Part shown: positions 25,294 to 34,134 of the stretch, in pieces
Layout: every line of letters starts with the position of its first letter
Numbering within the stretch: position 1 is the first letter of the stretch
Sequence record: OR515477.1
Length of the DNA stretch: 64,000 nucleotides
Source of the DNA: Escherichia phage Es2
Strand: one strand, 5' to 3'
Program-made: the position numbers and the translations under genes
The notes under the pieces: generated by a model
The model's input: the letters and a program-made list of their open reading frames with translations, nothing else
Told to the model about the DNA's origin: nothing
The model's database searches: none

Positions 25294-25440
25294 TTCTCCT
25301 TTACTAGTCATGCAGCCCAGCAGATAAGAAAATGCAGCGATACCCGCGCCAATAATAACCGCGTGAACACCGAAAGCTATTGCAAAAAGGGATAAAATAG
25401 CGCCCAAGATACCTGCTAGAATAGCTCGAAAAATAACCAT
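25294..25440 (-). CDS. hypothetical 48-aa membrane micro-protein
   Basis: Hand translation MVIFRAILAGILGAILSLFAIAFGVHAVIIGAGIAAFSYLLGCMTSKGE; GGAGA RBS; below track cutoff. Confidence 0.45.
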
Positions 25441-25486
25441 TTTCATTCTCCTAGTTTGCGGGGCGAAAGTAACGCCCCGTTATTAC

Positions 25487-25717
25487 TTACATTAAAACAA
25501 TTTTTGCCGCTTGTTTTTTAGTACAGTGTTCCGCTTTCAGGGTATCCAGCAAAAAGCCGGCCGTTTGCTGATCGATTTTATCGGCGTTGTATAGTTCTTG
25601 GATGGTGTTATAAGTTTTAGCAATGCCGAACTCCTGCACCATTTCATGAATGATGGCGCGATTAGATACCCAGCCTTGCGCGGTGAACAGATGACTAGCA
25701 GAAGAATAAGCAACCAT
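25487..25717 (-). CDS. hypothetical protein
   Basis: Track ORF 25487..25750 trimmed to MVAYSS start with GGAGG RBS. Confidence 0.55.
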   Translation of the reverse strand: MVAYSSASHLFTAQGWVSNRAIIHEMVQEFGIAKTYNTIQELYNADKIDQQTAGFLLDTLKAEHCTKKQAAKIVLM

Positions 25718-25835
25718 TTTAAACCTCCAAATTTTTGGGAAAATTTTCAACCGTCCTCAAACGGTGTAAAGGCATTATAACAAAAAAGGTCGCCATAAAA
25801 GGCGACCTTTACAAAACTTTACATTAGATTATTTA

Positions 25836-26846
25836 TTACTCGTTTTCGGTGTTAGTGGTAAAAGTAGAAATATCGATACCTTTTACCATTTCATCAATCA
25901 TTTCAGCGATGTTAAAACTTTGCACCATTTCCAACATTGCCGCTTCCATAGCTGCCCCTGCTACCGCTTTCGCTTTCTGGTTGCTTGGGGCATACTGGTC
26001 AACCGCTACGCTCAGCAGGTTGGCAATTACTACTCGACCGATAGGCGTATCAATATAACCTTTAATCATGAACGGTGCTTTTTTAGCCGCTACTTTCGTA
26101 ATTTGAGTCAGTGCAATTTTACCCGCTTCCAGTTTTGCAGCGTTTACAACGGCGGATTTATTAGCGGCAACGATGTTAGCAATCTTGGTCATGGTATTTT
26201 TTCCTTTATTTTCAGTGATTTGAGTATTAACGCTTTGAGTGTTAGAATTTACAGCATGGTTTTCTACGCTGTCAATAATCTGATCTTCATCTTTCCAGAA
26301 AGAAAAACCAGCGCTTTCTATATCCCCATCATAAATATACGGGTATAGCTCCCGTGGTAACAAAAAATTACCGTCGCCATCAAAAGCCATTATACCGGTA
26401 TATTGAGATCCGTCGTTATCCGGCTTATACCATCCAGCGGGTAAATACTTCCAGATAACATCTAAAAATCCCTCAATGCTAGAAAGTCCATTTATCAGAT
26501 CAAGCCCAATAAGCTCAAAACCATTTATATTAAATGATTGACGGCCTGAATTGCTATGATACGCAACAATAGTATTGCCCTGCGCAACAATAAAATCGGT
26601 ATCCGGCCCCGCTCCCCTGCCCGTAAAGATATGGCAATCCCGATTATGTAAAACTAGCGTTGCCCCTTGCTTATATAAGGGTAGAAAACTATCCATATCA
26701 TAGGCGTCATATTCATCAAAAAAGTTTTGATGAATAGTTTCAACCTTGTTAATAAAATGTTTAATGCTGGTTGACTTGCTACCGTCCAGCAGGTTACGCA
26801 ATGCACCTTTTAAGACGGTTGCGTTATCTGGTTTATAAAGCCTCAT
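25836..26846 (-). CDS. hypothetical protein with Ala/Lys-rich C-terminal half
   Basis: Track ORF 336 aa; first gene of the leftward operon. Confidence 0.65.
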   Translation of the reverse strand: MRLYKPDNATVLKGALRNLLDGSKSTSIKHFINKVETIHQNFFDEYDAYDMDSFLPLYKQGATLVLHNRDCHIFTGRGAGPDTDFIVAQGNTIVAYHSNSGRQSFNINGFELIGLDLINGLSSIEGFLDVIWKYLPAGWYKPDNDGSQYTGIMAFDGDGNFLLPRELYPYIYDGDIESAGFSFWKDEDQIIDSVENHAVNSNTQSVNTQITENKGKNTMTKIANIVAANKSAVVNAAKLEAGKIALTQITKVAAKKAPFMIKGYIDTPIGRVVIANLLSVAVDQYAPSNQKAKAVAGAAMEAAMLEMVQSFNIAEMIDEMVKGIDISTFTTNTENE

Positions 26847-27110
26847 TTGTTCGGCCTCCTCGTTAATCGGTGAGTGAATGATAAAGGTATTTTCTTTCTA
26901 GGGGCAAATATTATTTTACCTTTTTATTTTCTTTGCCTAACTCCTAGTTTTATGCTAATCGCGCAGCGGTACAGTAAAGAGCAAAACACGGCGAAGCCAC
27001 CAGGGCGACGGGTGAAGGCTTTACTTTAATATTACCCCACTGCATTTAGCTCGTTAGAAAGCGATTTAGGCCGCTTAAAATTGATTGCAGTTGTTAACAC
27101 TACCTTTTTA

Positions 27111-27245
27111 CCCTGTATATTTATACAGTAGGATAACCTGTGGATAAGTCTGTGTAAAAGTCCTTATATCGCCGCCTATCATGTCAAGTTATTTTACAAA
27201 ATGTATAAGTCTGTGGATAACTTAAATAATAGTGTTTCTCACTAA
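27111..27245. repeat. inverted-repeat arm R with DnaA-box-like 9-mers
   Basis: TGTGGATAA at 27139 and 27212; palindrome CTGTATATTTATACAG; reverse-complementary to 23880-24012. Confidence 0.8.
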
Positions 27246-27410
27246 CTAATTTATGCAGTTATTATATCGTAAAATATAGTTAGTTGGCTAATAGGATTTT
27301 AAAGTGATTATGAGTCCGCTAATTAAACCTGAAAAACTCATTAGCTAGTCTGCTAATCATTTTGATATAATATAATAGAGATTAAATTAATAACATAAGG
27401 AAACAATTAG

Positions 27411-27929
27411 ATGCCTAAATATAAACATATAGATTATGACCTTTTTAATAGTTACTTTTATTATGATGAAACATCGTTATCATTTTTACGCTGGCGAGAA
27501 GATCATGCCATCGCTGGTGGTTTAAATGGTAATTATTGGCAAGTTGAATTATTAGATAAAGGACAATTCAAAGTACATAGAATTATTTTTTGTATAATGA
27601 ATGGTGGTATAGATAGCGAGCTAATGATTGATCATATTGATCGTAACCCCCGTAATAATAACATTTGGAATCTTCGCGCGGTTGATAGTTCCCAGAATAA
27701 CTATAATAAGACTCCTAGTGAGTATGAAAACTATAAGCGTGCTAATGGTATCCCTAGAAACATTTACGTTAATAAAATTCGCCCCCGTGATAGTTTCGGG
27801 CGTGATTATTTAACTGCTCAAATTAAGAATCCTATTACTAACAAGCGTGTTAGTAAGTCTGGTTATGATTTACAAGAGTTATTATTATGGCTTGAAGCTA
27901 AAAAAGCTGAATTCGGAATTGTCAATTAA
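27411..27929 (+). CDS. HNH endonuclease (homing-endonuclease-like)
   Basis: 172 aa; HIDRNPRNNNIWNLR...SQNNYNK His-Me finger pattern; AT-rich gene inside a more GC-rich module. Confidence 0.65.
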   Translation: MPKYKHIDYDLFNSYFYYDETSLSFLRWREDHAIAGGLNGNYWQVELLDKGQFKVHRIIFCIMNGGIDSELMIDHIDRNPRNNNIWNLRAVDSSQNNYNKTPSEYENYKRANGIPRNIYVNKIRPRDSFGRDYLTAQIKNPITNKRVSKSGYDLQELLLWLEAKKAEFGIVN

Positions 27930-28154
27930 TTTATTTTATAAATTAACTCGTTTAGTCTTGATTTTTAAAAGTCAAGACCTTTTTCAACTATTTTTCAATT
28001 TTGCGGTTGTTAAATATTTGTTAAACCGAAAATAAGCCGCCTAAAACGCCCCAGAACGCGATGAAAGTTTTAGTCATGCCATTGCATTGCCTACCCTCGT
28101 TTATCGCTACCACGAGCTTTTTAGATTTTGTCAAGTAGGGGAAAGCAAATATAA

Positions 28155-28445
28155 ATGAAAAAATTACTTGCCTATCTGCTATGTTTTGTGGTATTCACGC
28201 GCCCGTTTCTTTTAATTTTAGTGTGCCGCGCCCTAGTCGCCGCACGCCGTCCGGTGAATCGTGTCTTTACGTTTCTTTACAAAAATAAGGTTGCGCCATT
28301 TTCGGGAATCCCCTATTATTTATCACGTAGGGCGGCAATGACGAACTACACGGCGGGAAGTTTACCGCCACGCTCTTTAAAAATTGGGTATATCTTAAAG
28401 CCTATCGGCGGTAAACTTATTCATTATAAGGAATCGACGATATGA
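28155..28445 (+). CDS. doubtful ORF (possible small secreted protein)
   Basis: Track ORF 96 aa with hydrophobic N-terminus, but GC-rich and structured region; could be non-coding. Confidence 0.25.
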   Translation: MKKLLAYLLCFVVFTRPFLLILVCRALVAARRPVNRVFTFLYKNKVAPFSGIPYYLSRRAAMTNYTAGSLPPRSLKIGYILKPIGGKLIHYKESTI

Positions 28446-28645
28446 AACAAACGCTTTTGATAACTGGTAAACCAGCTAAAAAATTAGATGGTACTACTAA
28501 AAAATTGTTGACAGTAGCGCAAAGATCCATAAGATATAGATTCACGCAGTACAAGAAAGGCCGCCAGCAAGGTTTAGAAATGATCTGGCGAAATATTATG
28601 ATTGACCTGAAAGAAAATCATAAAAAACTGCAAAAAATTGTTTGA
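28442..28645 (+). CDS. hypothetical small basic protein
   Basis: Track ORF 67 aa; bracketed by a 17-bp perfect inverted repeat. Confidence 0.5.
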   Translation: MKQTLLITGKPAKKLDGTTKKLLTVAQRSIRYRFTQYKKGRQQGLEMIWRNIMIDLKENHKKLQKIV

Positions 28646-28670
28646 CACCCTAGCCGATAGGCTTTAAGAT
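28642..28670 (+). promoter_or_regulatory. sigma70 promoter overlapping an inverted-repeat arm
   Basis: Consensus TTGACA at 28642, 17-bp spacer, TAAGAT at 28665; overlaps IR arm 28653-28669. Confidence 0.5.
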
Positions 28671-28875
28671 GTACCCAGTTCGATGAGAGCGATAACTTGA
28701 TACAATTTGACGGTCGGTGCTTACCATAATGCATCCCGCCCCCTAACTGGGATATAGCGGCCTGAGTGGAGTTCTTTAAATTGATTATAATGGCGAGCGG
28801 ATTGTTACTTATTACCTGCTACTATTTTCTAGTAGGTAATGCGAAACAATCCCCTAAATAACTGGAGTTTATACT

Positions 28876-29127
28876 ATGCAAAACGTTACTAATGCGCCGA
28901 AAATTGGTCAATCCGTTTTTATCCCTTTCGTTACCAAAACGGATGAATTAACCGGAAAAGCCGAACGTATTAAAGGTGCGGCGCTTATGCCGTTCGATAC
29001 AATCGACGCGGTATACGCTGAAAATGAACGCAGTAACAACGGCAAGCCGATTTATAACGTTCGCGTTAAATCCGGCGACGTTGTAAAGGTTGTTCAACGC
29101 AACGAAAAATGGGAAGCTGTACTGTAA
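28876..29127 (+). CDS. hypothetical pre-early protein
   Basis: Track ORF 83 aa, GGAG RBS; followed by a 9-bp-stem hairpin at 29143-29168. Confidence 0.6.
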   Translation: MQNVTNAPKIGQSVFIPFVTKTDELTGKAERIKGAALMPFDTIDAVYAENERSNNGKPIYNVRVKSGDVVKVVQRNEKWEAVL

Positions 29128-29225
29128 TCTAGTGTTAACTTTATATTCCCCTGAAATATGGGGAATATAACGATTAACATTAGTTAATCATAATCCCTTA
29201 AATTAAACTAATAGGAGTTTATATC

Positions 29226-29633
29226 ATGACTAACGCAAAAACCGCAAAATTCGCATGGAATGAAGAAAACACCCAAAAAGCTGTTACCATGTACCAGCAG
29301 TTAATCAACGAAAACGGTTTAGATTTCGCAAATAGTGACGGGCTGAAAGAGATTGCAAAAGCAGTAGGCGCGGCTTCTCCCGTATCCGTTCGCTCAAAAT
29401 TGACCAGTGCAAAAGCCTACCAGAAAAGCGATAAGCCGCGTAAAGTTGGCGGCGGCAGTTCTGTACGCAAAGCGCATTATGTGCGTGTTATTGCTAAACA
29501 TGCCATTGATTCCGGCATTATCAAAGACGCTGACGATCTGGCATCACTGGAAAGTGCAAAACTTGAAACGCTGGACGCGGTAGCGCAATTGCTAGGCGTT
29601 GCCGATGAAGTGAAACAAGCCGCAGGCGAATAA
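29226..29633 (+). CDS. A2: A2-like pre-early protein (putative DNA-binding)
   Basis: 135 aa; position immediately upstream of the A1-like gene; assignment by synteny and size only. Confidence 0.5.
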   Translation: MTNAKTAKFAWNEENTQKAVTMYQQLINENGLDFANSDGLKEIAKAVGAASPVSVRSKLTSAKAYQKSDKPRKVGGGSSVRKAHYVRVIAKHAIDSGIIKDADDLASLESAKLETLDAVAQLLGVADEVKQAAGE

Positions 29634-29722
29634 TAGTTATACATTGCCCTTCCTAGTGGGAGGGCAATAATATAACTGTTTAGCGATAGTTATTTTCTTC
29701 CCTTAAATCAGGAGTTTTAAAA

Positions 29723-29920
29723 ATGATTTTCTTTCCTACTGAATCATTAATTTTAGGCTTGTTTATTATGGCGGCCTCATTATTGTTCGCTTATTTTCAA
29801 AATGATTTAGATTCATATTATTTTAAACGTAAATCTAAGTTAGCAAAGCGTTTAGGTCTGATTTGTTTTATTGCCGCCGTTGCTTGTGGTGTTAGTTCTA
29901 GCCTTATGCCTTTAAATTAA
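29723..29920 (+). CDS. hypothetical membrane protein
   Basis: Track ORF 65 aa, two hydrophobic segments. Confidence 0.5.
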   Translation: MIFFPTESLILGLFIMAASLLFAYFQNDLDSYYFKRKSKLAKRLGLICFIAAVACGVSSSLMPLN

Positions 29921-30016
29921 TGTTGCAAATTATAACGCCTATTATTCAAGGCGTTATATTTGGCAATATTTGCCAATAACAAACGTTTTTTAATCCCTTT
30001 AATGGAGTTTATTACT

Positions 30017-31681
30017 ATGATTATTTCCGCAGAAAAACAAACCGTTATCCTGAAAATGGCCGCTGACTTTAATTTCTATGGTAAACGTCTGCGCGCCACT
30101 AAACTGGAGGTCTGCGACGATATATCAAAAGCGGTCTACGATACAACAAAACACTCGACCGCCATTTGTGATTGGCTGGAAGCAAATAAACCAGTTAAAC
30201 CAAAAGCTGCAAAAGTAGCAAAAGCTATTAAAAACGATGAGCGCCCCGAAGCGGCTGGGATCGTTTCTAGCACGGTTGAACAGTGGGAAGTAAAACAAGG
30301 CAAACGCTTTATTATTACGTCGATTCAGAATAATACTTTCCCGCATAAAAACTTTTTGGCCTCGCTTGAACAGTATGCTAAATACATCGGCGCTGATTTG
30401 CTTGTTTCTAAGTATATTTATAATAAAAACGGCTTCCAAAATGGTGAAGGTGCGGATGGAATCAAATATGATTCCGCGTTCGATAAGTATATTTGCAGCA
30501 AAAACGTGTTTTTAAACAACCGCCGTTTTGCTTTCATGGCTGAAATTAACGTTTTGCCTACCGCAGATTATCCGCTTTCTGGATTCGCTGAAACTGCAAC
30601 GGCGCTTAATCTTGAAGGTCTGGCAATTGGTCACGCTAAAATCACCGCCGAAAGCGTGCCAGCTTTAAAAGGTGAAGTAGTACGCCGCATGTACTCAACC
30701 GGAACGGCAACGCTAAAAAACTACATTCAGCAGAAAGCAGGGCAAAAAGCGGAAGCGCTGCATAACTTCGGTGCGCTGATTGTTGAGTTCGACGAAGACG
30801 GTGAGTTTTTTGTACGCCAGCTTGAAACAATGGACGAAAGCGGGGTGTTTTATGATCTGAATGTTTGCGCTACTCCCGCAGGATGCTATGAAACATCGGG
30901 GCATGTTTTAGGTTTACAATATGGCGACATCCACGCAGAAAAATTAGATGATGATTGTGCCGTTGCGTCATGGGCTGGCGAAAATAGCTTGCTTGATATT
31001 CTTAAACCAAAATATCAGTTTATCCATGACGTTCACGATTTTACATCTCGCAATCATCATAATCGTGCGTCCGGTGTATTCCTAGCGAAACAGTACGCCG
31101 CCGGACGTGATAAAGTTCTGGATGATCTTATCGATACGGGGCGCGTGCTGGAATCAATGGAACGTGATTTTAGTCAAACGATCATTGTTGAATCGAATCA
31201 CGATTTGGCGCTATCCCGTTGGCTGGATGATCGTAATGCTAACATTAAAGACGATCCAGCAAACGCCGAACTATATCACCGCCTGAATGCTGCAATTTAC
31301 GCGGCAATCGGTGAACACGACGAAACGTTTAACGTGTTAGATTATGCGCTGCGCAAGGTTGCAGGTTGCGAGTTTAACGCCATTTTCCTAACAACTGACC
31401 AATCATTTAAAATTGCAGGCATCGAGTGTGGCGTACACGGTCACAACGGCATTAACGGAAGCCGTGGCAATCCTAAACAGTTTAAGAAATTGGGCAAACT
31501 GAACACGGGGCATACGCATACGGCAAGCATTTACGGCGGGGTATACACCGCTGGCGTGGCTGGTAGTCTGGACATGGGTTACAACGTTGGCGCGTCAAGC
31601 TGGACGCAAACGCATTTAATTACCTATGCAAACGGTCAGCGCACTTTGATTGACTTTAAAAACGGTAAATTCTTTGCGTAA
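30017..31681 (+). CDS. A1: A1-like pre-early protein with metallophosphatase motifs
   Basis: Track ORF 29960..31681 trimmed to ATG at 30017 with GGAG RBS (554 aa); ESNHD and GHTHT phosphoesterase-like motifs. Confidence 0.7.
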   Translation: MIISAEKQTVILKMAADFNFYGKRLRATKLEVCDDISKAVYDTTKHSTAICDWLEANKPVKPKAAKVAKAIKNDERPEAAGIVSSTVEQWEVKQGKRFIITSIQNNTFPHKNFLASLEQYAKYIGADLLVSKYIYNKNGFQNGEGADGIKYDSAFDKYICSKNVFLNNRRFAFMAEINVLPTADYPLSGFAETATALNLEGLAIGHAKITAESVPALKGEVVRRMYSTGTATLKNYIQQKAGQKAEALHNFGALIVEFDEDGEFFVRQLETMDESGVFYDLNVCATPAGCYETSGHVLGLQYGDIHAEKLDDDCAVASWAGENSLLDILKPKYQFIHDVHDFTSRNHHNRASGVFLAKQYAAGRDKVLDDLIDTGRVLESMERDFSQTIIVESNHDLALSRWLDDRNANIKDDPANAELYHRLNAAIYAAIGEHDETFNVLDYALRKVAGCEFNAIFLTTDQSFKIAGIECGVHGHNGINGSRGNPKQFKKLGKLNTGHTHTASIYGGVYTAGVAGSLDMGYNVGASSWTQTHLITYANGQRTLIDFKNGKFFA

Positions 31682-31735
31682 TTAAATTATTACCCTAGCG
31701 GCTTGAAATACAGCCGCTATTATAGGAGTCAAAAA

Positions 31736-31993
31736 ATGAAAGTTACATTACCCAAAACATTAGACGAAAAAGCGTTTATTTCCCCCGATGAAATGGAATC
31801 CGATAAAGTTTACAGCTTCGGGCCTATCCTAGCCGCCAAAACTAATACTGATGGAATTATTACAGTCGATTATCGTGATAATGATATTGTTCCCTTTGAC
31901 GATGATGACGCTTTTTACGAGTGGTTAAGCGATAATAATTTACCCGTAAGTGGTGAATTAACGCCGTATCAGATGCAAATCATTATCAAATAA
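31736..31993 (+). CDS. hypothetical pre-early protein
   Basis: Track ORF 31703..31993 trimmed to ATG at 31736 with AGGAG RBS. Confidence 0.55.
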   Translation: MKVTLPKTLDEKAFISPDEMESDKVYSFGPILAAKTNTDGIITVDYRDNDIVPFDDDDAFYEWLSDNNLPVSGELTPYQMQIIIK

Positions 31994-32032
31994 TTTAAAT
32001 CCCCTTATTAAACTAATTGGAGTTTTATAACT

Positions 32033-32425
32033 ATGAAAAAGCAAAATATCCCATTCGACCGCGCTCAGTCCTCAATTGTTCTGGTTTATTCCAACGGCGA
32101 ACGTTACCACGTCGAGGCGGGGCACGTTATTGATGACCTATTAGATTTCAATGACGCTTTGCAGGTTACTACCTTTGCATATACGCAGGGCAAACTAACC
32201 AGCCATATTAAAGCAAAAGGCGTTTATGTTGACACGGTGAAACAAGAAACGATTATCATCGACGCCGTAAAATCCGGCCTAGCCTTTGCAGTTGTCGCGC
32301 CTTGCCTCGCTTGCCTTGATGATCAATTGATTAGTGCAAAGGTCTACACATGTGCGGGGATTCGTTCTAGCGTATCCGGTGAGGATGTTAGTTTTATCGC
32401 TGATGCGTTGGCTTATGGTCTTTAA
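32033..32425 (+). CDS. hypothetical pre-early protein
   Basis: Track ORF 130 aa, GGAG RBS. Confidence 0.6.
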   Translation: MKKQNIPFDRAQSSIVLVYSNGERYHVEAGHVIDDLLDFNDALQVTTFAYTQGKLTSHIKAKGVYVDTVKQETIIIDAVKSGLAFAVVAPCLACLDDQLISAKVYTCAGIRSSVSGEDVSFIADALAYGL

Positions 32426-32505
32426 TAGTTGATTTATTATTGCCCGCTTATAAATAGCGGGTAATGCTGAATTAATCTAATCCCTTAAATGGAGAACGTA
32501 ACAAA

Positions 32506-33240
32506 ATGAGTCAAGTTAAAACGAATATTACCCGCTCTTTCCCGCATATTTCCCGCGTTATGATTTGGGATCTGGACGGCACTATCATTAATTCTTTCCA
32601 TCGTGTAGCGCCTTGTTTTGATAGCGAGGGCAATTTAGATTTAAATAAATATAAAAATGAAGCCTGCAAACATCATTTAATAATGCAGGATTCATTATTG
32701 CCATTAGTTGAATATATGCGCCAGTGTATGAATGACGCTAACACGTTAAACATTATTTGCACCGCTCGACTGATGAGCAAGTCAGATTATTATTTCTTGC
32801 GTAAACAAGGATTGCGGGGGCGTGGAAATAGCAATATCCGCGTGTTTTCCCGCGATACCCTGCACAAATACTTTAAAGCTGATAAAGTTAGCGAGATATA
32901 CCACAGTAAGGACGCAGTTTATAAATCTTATTATTTTGAATTATTTAAACAATTATATCCGAACGCTGATTTTACAATGATTGATGATCATAAAGGCGTG
33001 TTAGCGGCGGCGGCATCATACGGATTTAAAACGCTGGACGCACAAGCCGTTAACGATATTCTATCAATCGGTGTTACATTGATTGGTGAAACCTTTATTG
33101 ATGAATCGCTCGACGATGATAATGATTATCAGTTCCTAGCAGACCGCCTGCAATTATGTTGGGAAGGTATGACCGAGGAAGAACGCGCAGAATATAGTTG
33201 CAGTCCTCAACAGTACATCGAGAAATTAAAAGTTGCATAA
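32506..33240 (+). CDS. dmp: 5'-deoxyribonucleotidase, HAD family
   Basis: 244 aa; HAD motif I IWDLDGTIINS; size and position match my recollection of T5 dmp. Confidence 0.75.
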   Translation: MSQVKTNITRSFPHISRVMIWDLDGTIINSFHRVAPCFDSEGNLDLNKYKNEACKHHLIMQDSLLPLVEYMRQCMNDANTLNIICTARLMSKSDYYFLRKQGLRGRGNSNIRVFSRDTLHKYFKADKVSEIYHSKDAVYKSYYFELFKQLYPNADFTMIDDHKGVLAAAASYGFKTLDAQAVNDILSIGVTLIGETFIDESLDDDNDYQFLADRLQLCWEGMTEEERAEYSCSPQQYIEKLKVA

Positions 33241-33397
33241 TAATTAAAGTTGAAATAGTCACGGTGTGTAATGATAACATGCCGTGACTATTAGTCTGCT
33301 AAGTACCGGGCGGTAATGAGACTCATTCTCATCTGGTGGGCCACTGGACACACCTCCATGTGTAATCTTATGAAATTTGGCAAAAAGGTAATTAGCG

Positions 33398-33601
33398 CTA
33401 TTTACGGACTGACTGCTCAAAGACTTCCCGCCACAGAGGGTCAGTCTTAACTAGATTATTAATATGCTCAATAGCTTCATCAAATCTCATGAATCCTTCC
33501 GGGATTTCCGAAGACTTAGGAAAAACTTGCAGCATCTCCTGTGTGATACCCATCTTTTCAAGATCTTCTTGGGTTAACTTAAACTGTCCGAATTCTTTCA
33601 T
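33398..33601 (-). CDS. hypothetical protein
   Basis: Track ORF 67 aa. Confidence 0.5.
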   Translation of the reverse strand: MKEFGQFKLTQEDLEKMGITQEMLQVFPKSSEIPEGFMRFDEAIEHINNLVKTDPLWREVFEQSVRK

Positions 33602-33843
33602 GAACTTCTCCTGTCTACCGGCTTATCTCCAGATTCTGACATACGAAATCTCTTTCGTGACGCCCGAGAACCGTCCGCCCACTCCCTCTCAAACTCCGCA
33701 CGTTTCTTCGCAAACCTCCGCTCTCTTTCCGCAATCTCCCGCGACACTTCCGCAATATATTTACGATGCGTATTAATAGCCGCAGTCATTCCGAAAACTC
33801 CCGCGATTACCCCGATAATAAAAGCAATTACAATACTAAACAT
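33598..33843 (-). CDS. hypothetical single-pass membrane protein with charged tail
   Basis: Track ORF 81 aa; N-terminal TM helix then Arg/Glu-rich region. Confidence 0.5.
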   Translation of the reverse strand: MFSIVIAFIIGVIAGVFGMTAAINTHRKYIAEVSREIAERERRFAKKRAEFEREWADGSRASRKRFRMSESGDKPVDRRSS

Positions 33844-34030
33844 CTAGTTCTCTCTCAATTTGCAGAATACGAGTGCTATCACAACGTTGCAATTCTACTA
33901 ATTTTTCTATAGCAAATTGTTGTTGTTTTACCTGGGCCTCTAGAGTTTTTAGGCGAACGTACACGGTGTAAGAAATAATGAAAGCTGACCAAACTGCTAG
34001 TACTATTAATATAGCTACTACTTCCATCAT
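33836..34030 (-). CDS. membrane micro-protein, paralog c
   Basis: Track ORF 64 aa MMEVVAILIV...; TM helix plus coiled-coil tail; ATGA overlap with paralog b. Confidence 0.5.
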   Translation of the reverse strand: MMEVVAILIVLAVWSAFIISYTVYVRLKTLEAQVKQQQFAIEKLVELQRCDSTRILQIERELDV

Positions 34031-34134
34031 TTACGTTTCTCCAGTAACAGAGTTTCAATTCTAGCTAAGTGGTTATCTAAAATACATTGCCCGATAATCA
34101 CAATCCCTAGTAGTGCAATAATTACCCATTCCAT
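34027..34134 (-). CDS. membrane micro-protein, paralog b (35 aa)
   Basis: Hand translation MEWVIIALLGIVIIGQCILDNHLARIETLLLEKRK; below track cutoff. Confidence 0.45.
   Translation of the reverse strand: MEWVIIALLGIVIIGQCILDNHLARIETLLLEKRK

Noticed and set aside
25849-26348. Plus-strand ORFs 25849..26058 and 25920..26348
   Set aside because: Antisense to the 336-aa minus-strand gene that has operon context and better coding character.
28155-28445. 96-aa ORF as a confident gene
   Set aside because: GC-rich, structured region that ends in an inverted-repeat arm; hydrophobic translation could be accidental; kept only as a low-confidence feature.
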